45,317 bases of DNA from a virus (lineage: Duplodnaviria; Caudoviricetes), in IMG/VR virus record IMGVR_UViG_3300032332_001377, positions 1 to 45,317 of that record; one strand, written 5' to 3'. The notes beneath the pieces are model-generated. The model did no database searches. It was not told where the DNA came from and saw nothing but the letters and a program-made list of their open reading frames with translations. Below, one piece after another: positions 9,252 to 17,874 of the stretch (positions are counted from its first letter, which is position 1; the number at the start of each line of letters is the position of its first letter). A program made the translations under genes and the position numbers.

Positions 9252-10427
9252 ATGTCAAAACTTTTAAATGAAAGATGGTCCGAGACCAAAGAAGCTCTGC
9301 TTGAAGGCCTACAAGGTAACCGTCGTGCAAGTATGGGTGTTTGCCTAGAAAATACACGCCGTTTTTTGGCTGAAAGCGCAACTGCTGGTGCAACCAGTGC
9401 TGGTAACGTCGCTACACTTAACCGTGTGATTCTACCAGTTATCCGTCGAGTCATGCCTACTGTGATCGCTAACGAAATCATTGGCGTTCAGCCAATGACT
9501 GGTCCAGTTGGTCAAATCCACACACTACGTGTTCGTTATGCTGACGCCGGTGACAACGTGGTAGCAGGCGAAGAGGCACTAAGCCCATTCAAGATTGCTG
9601 CTGCTTACTCCGGTGGTAACGTTGATGCAACTCCTAAGGCAGGTGTTACATCTGCTCTAGAAGGTACACCCGGTAAGCGTATGAGCATCCAGATCCTCAA
9701 GACTCCAGTCGAAGCCAAGAGCCGCAAACTCTCTGCTCGTTGGACATTTGAGGCCGCTCAGGATGCACAGGCTCAACAAGGTATCGATATCGAAGCAGAA
9801 ATCATGGCCGCTCTAGCCCAGGAAATCACTGCTGAGATCGACCAAGAGATCCTTGCTAGCCTACGCAGCCTAGGTTCTGTTGAAGAGACATATGACCAGT
9901 CATTAGTTTCTGGTACAGCAACATTCGTTGGTGACGAGCATGCTGCTCTAGCAATCCAGATCAACCGTGTCAGCAACTTGATTGCACAGCGTACACGTCG
10001 TGGTGCTGGTAACTGGGCCGTTGTTAGTAACCAGGCTCTAACAATCCTACAAAGTGCTACTACCAGTGCTTTCGCTCGTACCACCGAAGGTACATTCGAA
10101 GCACCTACAAACACCAAGTTTGTTGGTACACTAAACGGTGCAATGCGTATCTATGTTGACGCTTATCTAAGCGACAGTTCTGACTCCAACCAGGTTCTAG
10201 TTGGTTACAAAGGTTCTAGCGAGGCAGATGCTGCCGCGTTCTATTGCCCTTATATCCCTCTAATGAGCAGTGGAGTTGTTCTTGATCCAGCAACCTTCGA
10301 ACCAGTCGTTGGTTTCTTAACACGCTACGGCTATGTTGAGTTATCCAATACTGCAAGTTCGCTAGGTAACGCTGCTGACTATCTCGGAAAAGTTGCGATC
10401 ACAAGCGCAAACGTTTCTTTCAAGTAA
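9252..10427 (+). CDS. gp23: Major capsid protein (T4 gp23 family)
   Basis: IIGVQPMTGPVGQI, KSRKLSARWTFEAAQD, EIDQEIL, FYCPYIPL and GFLTRYG motifs; strong codon bias; AAGGAG SD. Confidence 0.97.
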   Translation: MSKLLNERWSETKEALLEGLQGNRRASMGVCLENTRRFLAESATAGATSAGNVATLNRVILPVIRRVMPTVIANEIIGVQPMTGPVGQIHTLRVRYADAGDNVVAGEEALSPFKIAAAYSGGNVDATPKAGVTSALEGTPGKRMSIQILKTPVEAKSRKLSARWTFEAAQDAQAQQGIDIEAEIMAALAQEITAEIDQEILASLRSLGSVEETYDQSLVSGTATFVGDEHAALAIQINRVSNLIAQRTRRGAGNWAVVSNQALTILQSATTSAFARTTEGTFEAPTNTKFVGTLNGAMRIYVDAYLSDSSDSNQVLVGYKGSSEADAAAFYCPYIPLMSSGVVLDPATFEPVVGFLTRYGYVELSNTASSLGNAADYLGKVAITSANVSFK

Positions 10428-10445
10428 TCAGAAAGCAACAAACAG

Positions 10446-10469
10446 AAAACGCCCTTCGGGGCGTTTTTT
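10446..10469 (+). terminator. Rho-independent terminator after the major capsid gene
   Basis: AAAACGCCC-TTCG-GGGCGTTTT stem with UUCG loop and U tract. Confidence 0.9.
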
Positions 10470-10477
10470 GTTGATAT

Positions 10478-10485
10478 TATAAATA
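10478..10485 (+). promoter_or_regulatory. Perfect T4 late promoter TATAAATA
   Basis: Exact match to the T4 gp55 consensus immediately after the terminator. Confidence 0.75.
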
Positions 10486-10490
10486 GTAAT

Positions 10491-10545
10491 GTTCGCCCTA
10501 ATAGGGGTTTATGCAGAAATCCAACTGCGTACAGCATAGAACGCT
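10491..10545 (+). ncRNA. Candidate structured 5' leader RNA (multi-stem, possible pseudoknot)
   Basis: Stems CCCT/AGGG, TATGCAG/CTGCGTA and AGC/GCT; 5' GTTC is complementary to loop GAAC. Confidence 0.45.
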
Positions 10546-10567
10546 ACATTTCATAAGGAGAAATAAA

Positions 10568-11239
10568 ATGGGACGTCCAATTAAAAAGAAGTTTTTTGGT
10601 AATGTATATTCCGGAGGTGTCGGCGGCGAAGGAATCGCTAGTATCACCGTAGGAACAGGCGCATCGGCACCGGTATCAACATTAACAGTTACAGTGAGTT
10701 TCAGTGCTCCAAGCATTTCTGGAGGTGTAACAGCCACCGGTACTCCAGTAAAAACTGGAAATACTGTTACCAGTGTTACAATCATTGAAGCAGGTAGTGG
10801 TTATACATCTGCTCCGACAGTTACCTTCACTGGTACAAATATGACTACACAAGGATCTGGTACAGCAGTTCTTACCAGCAGATCCGATGCTATTTCGTTT
10901 AGTTCCTATATACCTTCAGGATCTGCTGCAAGATCCGGCGGTGATATTATCAAACAAGAATCAAGCCGTCGTTATCTAGTTAGAAACTCCGACGGTGTTG
11001 GCCAATGCACATTGGTTGCTGCAAATACTACTAGTTTAACACTTGTTGCAGGACAAATGTCTATTATTGCCACTGATGCTAATGGCAGCACATACTATGT
11101 GGCTAAACTAACTGCAAGAAGAGCAAGACTAAGACAGAAAACTATTAGCGGGTCGTTCTTGATCTCTGATAATGCAGTTACTGGTTGGACCATTGGATCC
11201 TCTACAGGGACCATTGTGTCAATCGCCCACACTGTTTAA
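10568..11239 (+). CDS. Virion structural protein (Thr/Gly-rich, possible head decoration/appendage)
   Basis: Start moved from 10511 to ATG 10568 (MGRPIKKK) because of the AAGGAG SD; contains a beta-rich AGSGYTSAPTVTF motif. Confidence 0.7.
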   Translation: MGRPIKKKFFGNVYSGGVGGEGIASITVGTGASAPVSTLTVTVSFSAPSISGGVTATGTPVKTGNTVTSVTIIEAGSGYTSAPTVTFTGTNMTTQGSGTAVLTSRSDAISFSSYIPSGSAARSGGDIIKQESSRRYLVRNSDGVGQCTLVAANTTSLTLVAGQMSIIATDANGSTYYVAKLTARRARLRQKTISGSFLISDNAVTGWTIGSSTGTIVSIAHTV

Positions 11240-11258
11240 TCTATATTGTAGGTTTGAG

Positions 11259-11289
11259 AGCAAGGGGGCGTGTCCCCCTTGTTTCTTTT
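11259..11289 (+). terminator. Rho-independent terminator
   Basis: CAAGGGGG/CCCCCTTG stem followed by TTTCTTTT. Confidence 0.75.
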
Positions 11290-11305
11290 ATAACTAAATA
11301 ATGGT

Positions 11306-11827
11306 ATGGCTACCAATTGGACATCACCTATTACTGTTGATCAATATGCTGAATCTGATGCTGAAAATATTCATGTGTCGTGGGATGCTAATGAATTTAG
11401 TAATTTAAGAAATTTAGATGGTCGTAGTGTTAAGACTGTACGTGATCTGCTACATGTATCTAGGGATCCACGACACGATATTGTAGAAAAAACATATTTC
11501 CTAAGAGTTTCTAATTTTAATTTTTCAAGTTTACCTAGTACCTTATCGGGAATTGAAACAAGAATTACTGCAAATAGATACGGTAGGATCACTGACGATA
11601 CTGTTCAATTTTGTCTAAACGGACTATTAATAGGAGACAATCAAGCCACTTTAGATTTAAGTCCTATTAAAATCTATGGTAGTAATGAATCGCTTTGGAG
11701 TACAAATTTATCTATGTCTGATATTCAAAATTCCTCGTTTGGTGTAGTAGTAAGGTTTAAAAGCCATCCTAGTTGGCCACATAAATGCAGCGCATTAATT
11801 GATGCAATAGAAATAAGAGTGCATTAA
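11306..11827 (+). CDS. Hypothetical beta-rich virion protein
   Basis: 173-aa ORF preceded by TAAATA-N5-ATG. Confidence 0.7.
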   Translation: MATNWTSPITVDQYAESDAENIHVSWDANEFSNLRNLDGRSVKTVRDLLHVSRDPRHDIVEKTYFLRVSNFNFSSLPSTLSGIETRITANRYGRITDDTVQFCLNGLLIGDNQATLDLSPIKIYGSNESLWSTNLSMSDIQNSSFGVVVRFKSHPSWPHKCSALIDAIEIRVH

Positions 11828-11851
11828 AAATAAATACACTGAGGATCAAAA

Positions 11852-14800
11852 ATGTCAACTAATGTACTTAATCTACCCGGCGATTACTTAATAAAAGCTT
11901 TAAATGGTACTGTTACCATCAATTCTCCTGCCACGACTGCTACAGGTAGTTTAGGAGTTTTAGGTAATACTGTTTTAGGTGCCACTAACACTGCTACAAT
12001 AAAAGCCACTGCTCGATTTATATCGGACCTCATTCCTCAAACCAGTTCAACCTATAGTTTAGGCACTGGTACTAACACCTGGCTACTATTACATTCAGAA
12101 AAGGCACGATTCTACAGCGGTGATAATGTCGGTAATCCATTAGGAAGAGCATATGATCCGGCGGACATTTACGATACTCTAGCACATAGAACCAGTGGAT
12201 CGGTATATGTATCTGGCGGTGTAGGTATCGAAAAAGATTTAAACGTTGGCGGATATATTTACGGAAGAATTGACCGAGCCAATACCTCTTCAAATATCGT
12301 TACAACTGCTACCAATGACTCGGCTATATTTTATCCTACATTTGTATCAGGACTTAATAGTGGCACAGTATACATTGATAATACGGGGTTACTTGGCGGT
12401 CTAACCTATAATCCCGGCCTTGGAACACTAACAACAGAAAAAGTTAGAGTATCTAGCACAAGTCAATCTACCAGTACAACTACTGGTGCTCTTGTAGTTG
12501 ATGGTGGTGCCGGTATTGCTAAAAATCTTGTAGTCGGAGAAACAATTGAATCTGGAGATATTCTTCCACATGCTGATTATCAAAGTACAACAACTGTCTA
12601 TTCAATAGGTACTACTGGTACACAGTGGGCAGAAGCCTATGTAAAAGATATCTATACCAAGGTAATAAGTTCTACCGTTGGTCCTGTTCAGATCAGTCCT
12701 GAAGGCCAATTAACTGAAATTATCGGCGATATTAGAGTAAGAGGAACTAATCCTGTAGGTACTGCACCGGTAGTGACTAATATTTTATATGTTACCATGG
12801 ACGGTGATGATACCAATGATGGTCGTGCAGAGGATGCCAGCCGTGCTTGTCGTACTGTCGGTGGTGCAATCAACAGTCCTTATTATCAATCTGGTACACA
12901 GATTCGTGTAGCACCGGGGCATTATTTAGAAGATAATCCTTTACAACTAAAACCCTATACCAGTGTTATGGGTTCCGATCTAAGAACAACTAGCATAGAA
13001 CCTATAAACAAAACACAAGATCTATTTCATATGAATTCTGGATGCTATCTAGCATTCATGCAGTTTTTAAATGGTCGTAGTGGATTACTTGAAGGGGATT
13101 TTACTGCAGAATTTAATCGAGGAGCATATGCTACGGCATTTCCTCCATTACCAGAGGGCGAACGAATTGATTTATATCATTCGCCATATATTCAAAACTG
13201 TACCAATCTCAGCGGACCATGGCTAAAAGATGGTACAATGTTTGTACCTAATCAAACAATTCAGGTTCCTGCAGCAGTAGGAACTGGTACTTGGGCAGCC
13301 AATACTACCAGTATTGTTGTTAAATCCAGCATTGGAACAATTGCTAGAGGAATGAGCGTAAATGCAGGACAGCAAAATCCTGGATTTTTCAATGCTCGTA
13401 CATTGATGTTGGCCAACAAACCATTCTTGCAAGAGCAAACAGTTAATTGGATTAACCGACAAGTTAGCGCAGCATCAGTAGGCAGTGTTTGGTATAATTT
13501 TACTTATAATAAAGAAAAATGTCGAAGAGATGTGGGTATTCTGGTAGAAAATATCTCTTATGATGCTGCATTTGGCGGAAATCAAAAAGCCGTTGAAAGT
13601 GGTCTAGCCTATTATGACGGAGTAGTTAGTTTAATTGCTGGACAAGAAATACAAACCACTAGAGCAATTGAGTACCTAAGAGATCTCAGCACACAAGTTG
13701 TTACCAATACTGCCTGTACAAATATTGTGCCCGGTGTGAACAGCCAGGTAATCAATTGGGTATTAACCGGCGGAGCAATTTCAACTGCCAGTATAAGAAA
13801 TCTATTTGGCATTGTAACGGCTACTATTTCTAATCCTGCTAATACTCCTGCCATTTATAAGAGTACAGGACCTGATGCAGCATTTGTCAGTGCTGAAACA
13901 TTAATGCAGGCAAACCGTACATTTATTCAAGAAAACACATTAAATTATGTTAATAATGAGTTGTGTTTTCCACCAAAAAATCTCAAATTTAATAAAATTA
14001 AATGTCGTAGAGATATAGGATTAATTGTAGATAGTGTGGCCTTAGACATGCTATATCCTACCACCGGGCATAGCCAGTCAACTTTTGCAGGATTGAGATA
14101 TTTTTCTCAGGATAAGTACGTTGGGGATATCCCTAACGAAATAACAACAACCACAGCCGCTGTTGTTTATCTTAAAGAGTTAGCCGTAAAAATTATACAA
14201 AATATCACACCTTCAATCGACCTTGTAAATCGTTATCAATCTGTCGTACCCCAGGTAACCAATTTAGAACCTGCCAGCGAAGATGAAATTGCAATTATTC
14301 GTGAGAATTTTGATATTGTATTAGATATCATGCGCGGTAATTATACAGGGTGGTCTGATAAGATTATTAGCAACGGAAAGACTAGCAATCTAAAAGGTGT
14401 TCAAAATGCAGTGGCTCTACTAAGGGCTAATAAAGAAAACGGATATCTTGGTGCAGAGATTATAGCCTATATTACAGCAACCTATCCTACATTTACTGCG
14501 TATGATGTTAATAAATGTAAACGAGATGTTGGTTATATTGTTGATAGTATATCTTTTGACCTATTACATGGCGGTAATAGACAAAGTGTACAGTCTGGAT
14601 TAAGTTATTATGGATTTAATTCTAGTCGTGTTATAAGAGACAGCGAAAGATCTGCCACAATTGAATCATTTGGATATATTTCAACATTATCTAACTATAT
14701 TATTCAAGGTATAACAGTTCCGACGATTTATCAAACCAAGATTAAACAATATACCACTTCTTCTATAGCAACACCGACTGAAGCAACATCAATTGCAGTA

Positions 14801-17464
14801 TCTATCTCTACTATTACCAATATTATTGCTAACGGAACTTCGACGGCGGTATGGGGGTTGGTTCCAATATCTACAGCCACTAACTCTATTGTAGCAAGAG
14901 ATAATGCATTTGATTTATTAATGGCAAACAAGGAATTTATCAAAGCAGAAGTAATTGCCTACCTCGACCAGAAATATAATCCTAACTCATTTACATACGA
15001 TGAAGAAAAATGTTATCGCGATGTTGGATTAATAGTTGATGCTGTGAGTCAAGATATTCTTTTAGGTGGAAATTATAAAACCATCGAAGCAGGTGTTAGT
15101 TATTGGAATGGTGGATACAATCACGTATTAGGTCAAGTATCCACAACTACCGCTGCTATTTCTTACGCACGAGATTTAGCATTAGAGGTTATTGCAAATA
15201 GAGCAGTTACTACCGCTACTACAGTAAAATTACAAACAGGTACAGTTTCTACACAGGTAATCAATACCTTTTTCCAGTACGGCGGAGACTACATGCCTCA
15301 AGAAGCAGTTCGTCGTAATTTTAAAATTATCAATGATATTATACAAAACGGTGTTATAGCAGCACCGCCAAAATATGCCGGCGGCGGGCTTTTTGCATTA
15401 ACCGGAATAAATGGAGCAGATGTTAAGATTTCTCCAAAGGTAACATCAATAACCACAATCACTGCCGGAACTTATCTTGTAGGATTGAATACTTCTACGG
15501 TAGGATTTGGAACCAATGCAACTTTATATTTTGGCGATACATTGACATATCCAAGAGTGGATTCTGACGTAGAAGAATTGAGTCTAGCCTATACTGGCAA
15601 TAGTGGAACCTGGAATCAGCGTAAAGTAGATACAATTGGCGGAATGGGCGGTAGTCTAGTTGATGGCGCTGTTATCAGCGATCGTAGTCCTATCCAGTCT
15701 TTTGTTTACGACGCATTTACACAACTAACGCAGGGCGGCCGTGGTATTCGTATTACCAATAATGGATATGCACAGTTGGTTTCGGTGTTTACAATTTTCT
15801 GTTCTACTGCGGTTCAAGTTGATAACGGCGGTATCGCATCAGTTGTTAACAGTAATGCCAACTTTGGCGACATATGTCTACTGGCCAAAGGATATGGATA
15901 CAGATCCTTTAGTGGTACAGTTTATAATCCGGTTAATAGGTCCTATCCATTTAGCCCCTTAAATAACGGAACTACAGTAATCAACAGTGATGAGTTGGAT
16001 CAATATTATCCAAATGGATTCTGGCCAAATAGAGGAACCGCTAACCTATTTTTACCCGATACAGCAGACAGACCCCATATTGGTCAAATAATGGAAATAA
16101 TACCGCCCGACGGTCATCTTAACGAACAAAGTTTTCCGGGATTTTTAAATGCCCAACCTAGCACAAGTACACTAACTACTTCAAGTATTATATTAACCGG
16201 CATTGATACCACTGGTATTGCAATAGGTAATACTGTGTATATTAGGGATCAATTTGGAAGTGAATATAATAAGTTTCCAAATAGGGTAGATAACTTTGGT
16301 AATGAAATTAGAGATGCTTCTGGTAACCCTATACCAAATCCAGATTATTTAAAGTGGTATGCAACCACTGGTACTATTGTTACGGATATTAATTATAACT
16401 CTATTAGTTTAAATCTACCGTTGGGTAGCGGCGGAGGAGATATTAATAATCCTGAATATTTTACACTGTATTTCTGTGGTAATGCTTATTATACCGTAGT
16501 ATCAAGTACTGTTGCCACAAATCCATATAAATTAAACGATAATATTTTATCTGGTAATACAGATCCTAATTACGAAGGAACACCTAACAACCAGATATCG
16601 TCGCATTATCGTTCTATAAACTTCCTAGGTAGTTTAATTAATAAGGTTGTAGCAAATATTCCTGCCACGCCATTACAAACCAGTTCAACTCAGGTTGTTC
16701 TACCTTTGGTATCTGGTGGTGTAAATGCACAAACATTCATTAATCAACGTATTGGTTATATTACCGGCATATTAACAGCAACCAACATTACTATTGCAAA
16801 ATCAGTTGTACCATCAAATGCTTTAACAAAGAAAGGAACAATAGTGTCCGGTGCCGGTAGTGCGGTTACGTTAATTAACTCAAACATAGATTTCCTAGCG
16901 GCCGAAGTTGCAAAATATGTCGAATTAAACGAGTCAGCAGTATTTTCCGGAGTAACCAGCACTGAAAGAGAATATATACTGTCTAAATGTAAGAGAGATA
17001 CTAAATTAATAGCACAGCGTTTAATTTATGATCTACAAACAGGCGGAAATTATAACAGTGTAATGACTGGATTAAGTTACTGGAGTAGAGCCGGAACATA
17101 TCATGTGGTAGAACTAGGTGAGGCTGTTACAAGAAACGAACTGTTCCCTGATGGTTCTACTGCTAATTTCTATCAAAGAAGTTATATCAGTGCATCTGGT
17201 TATATGTTTGAATATGTAGGAGCCGGTACTAATTATGGAGCGTTGCCTCAAGTAGGCCGAGCAGATCCGGTACAGGGAAAAGAAACAGTTCAATTAGACG
17301 GTGGTAAAGTGTTCTTCACTAGTACCGATCAAAATGGAGATTTTCGTATTGGTCCGGGATTGGTAATTAGTCAAGCAACTGGTGTACTAAGTGGCAGAAC
17401 ATTTACAAAATCACTATTTGCTAATATGACTCCATTTATATTAGCAATTGAAGGTCAAGGATAA
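11852..17464 (+). CDS. Large virion/fibre protein: fibre repeats, pectin-lyase-like beta-helix and five KCxRD helical repeats
   Basis: 1870 aa; LYVTMDGDDTNDG...IRVAPGHY and SPYIQNCT beta-helix-type motifs; KCxRD at residues 557, 718, 889, 1054 and 1713. Confidence 0.75.
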   Translation: MSTNVLNLPGDYLIKALNGTVTINSPATTATGSLGVLGNTVLGATNTATIKATARFISDLIPQTSSTYSLGTGTNTWLLLHSEKARFYSGDNVGNPLGRAYDPADIYDTLAHRTSGSVYVSGGVGIEKDLNVGGYIYGRIDRANTSSNIVTTATNDSAIFYPTFVSGLNSGTVYIDNTGLLGGLTYNPGLGTLTTEKVRVSSTSQSTSTTTGALVVDGGAGIAKNLVVGETIESGDILPHADYQSTTTVYSIGTTGTQWAEAYVKDIYTKVISSTVGPVQISPEGQLTEIIGDIRVRGTNPVGTAPVVTNILYVTMDGDDTNDGRAEDASRACRTVGGAINSPYYQSGTQIRVAPGHYLEDNPLQLKPYTSVMGSDLRTTSIEPINKTQDLFHMNSGCYLAFMQFLNGRSGLLEGDFTAEFNRGAYATAFPPLPEGERIDLYHSPYIQNCTNLSGPWLKDGTMFVPNQTIQVPAAVGTGTWAANTTSIVVKSSIGTIARGMSVNAGQQNPGFFNARTLMLANKPFLQEQTVNWINRQVSAASVGSVWYNFTYNKEKCRRDVGILVENISYDAAFGGNQKAVESGLAYYDGVVSLIAGQEIQTTRAIEYLRDLSTQVVTNTACTNIVPGVNSQVINWVLTGGAISTASIRNLFGIVTATISNPANTPAIYKSTGPDAAFVSAETLMQANRTFIQENTLNYVNNELCFPPKNLKFNKIKCRRDIGLIVDSVALDMLYPTTGHSQSTFAGLRYFSQDKYVGDIPNEITTTTAAVVYLKELAVKIIQNITPSIDLVNRYQSVVPQVTNLEPASEDEIAIIRENFDIVLDIMRGNYTGWSDKIISNGKTSNLKGVQNAVALLRANKENGYLGAEIIAYITATYPTFTAYDVNKCKRDVGYIVDSISFDLLHGGNRQSVQSGLSYYGFNSSRVIRDSERSATIESFGYISTLSNYIIQGITVPTIYQTKIKQYTTSSIATPTEATSIAVSISTITNIIANGTSTAVWGLVPISTATNSIVARDNAFDLLMANKEFIKAEVIAYLDQKYNPNSFTYDEEKCYRDVGLIVDAVSQDILLGGNYKTIEAGVSYWNGGYNHVLGQVSTTTAAISYARDLALEVIANRAVTTATTVKLQTGTVSTQVINTFFQYGGDYMPQEAVRRNFKIINDIIQNGVIAAPPKYAGGGLFALTGINGADVKISPKVTSITTITAGTYLVGLNTSTVGFGTNATLYFGDTLTYPRVDSDVEELSLAYTGNSGTWNQRKVDTIGGMGGSLVDGAVISDRSPIQSFVYDAFTQLTQGGRGIRITNNGYAQLVSVFTIFCSTAVQVDNGGIASVVNSNANFGDICLLAKGYGYRSFSGTVYNPVNRSYPFSPLNNGTTVINSDELDQYYPNGFWPNRGTANLFLPDTADRPHIGQIMEIIPPDGHLNEQSFPGFLNAQPSTSTLTTSSIILTGIDTTGIAIGNTVYIRDQFGSEYNKFPNRVDNFGNEIRDASGNPIPNPDYLKWYATTGTIVTDINYNSISLNLPLGSGGGDINNPEYFTLYFCGNAYYTVVSSTVATNPYKLNDNILSGNTDPNYEGTPNNQISSHYRSINFLGSLINKVVANIPATPLQTSSTQVVLPLVSGGVNAQTFINQRIGYITGILTATNITIAKSVVPSNALTKKGTIVSGAGSAVTLINSNIDFLAAEVAKYVELNESAVFSGVTSTEREYILSKCKRDTKLIAQRLIYDLQTGGNYNSVMTGLSYWSRAGTYHVVELGEAVTRNELFPDGSTANFYQRSYISASGYMFEYVGAGTNYGALPQVGRADPVQGKETVQLDGGKVFFTSTDQNGDFRIGPGLVISQATGVLSGRTFTKSLFANMTPFILAIEGQG

Positions 17465-17476
17465 AGAGGATAACAA

Positions 17477-17860
17477 ATGGCACAATTACCTTTAAATACA
17501 TTTAAAACTAAAACAACAAAATTAACTTCGTCCACTACGGCTACAGTATATACGTCTCCAATTGGAGTAACTGCTATTATACTGATGGCACAACTTAGTA
17601 ATTTAAGCACCACTACTCAGACTGTTAGTTTCCTACATTATAGAAATAGACCGGTCCTAGCAGATGCTCAAGGGAACGGTTATCAGGCCCCTCAAACACC
17701 GAGTTATCTGGTAAAAGATTTTGCTATTCCGCCAAACGATGCGGCTACGCCTTTGACCGGAAAAATGATTATTGAAAGCCTTGATAGAATTTGGGCCTAC
17801 GCTACTAACAGTGGAACTGTGCAATTAGTATTGAGTGTACTAGAGACTGCAAATTCATAA
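17477..17860 (+). CDS. Small virion structural protein
   Basis: 127-aa beta-rich ORF with GAGG SD inside the fibre cluster. Confidence 0.7.
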   Translation: MAQLPLNTFKTKTTKLTSSTTATVYTSPIGVTAIILMAQLSNLSTTTQTVSFLHYRNRPVLADAQGNGYQAPQTPSYLVKDFAIPPNDAATPLTGKMIIESLDRIWAYATNSGTVQLVLSVLETANS

Positions 17861-17874
17861 TATAGAGAAATAGA

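Noticed and set aside
1948-10117. Antisense ORFs within tape measure, portal, scaffold and capsid genes
   Set aside because: Shadow ORFs opposite well-supported genes, with no recognisable motifs.
10511-10567. N-terminal extension of the 242-aa ORF from ATG 10511
   Set aside because: A strong AAGGAG SD favours ATG 10568; the upstream segment is better explained as a structured leader.
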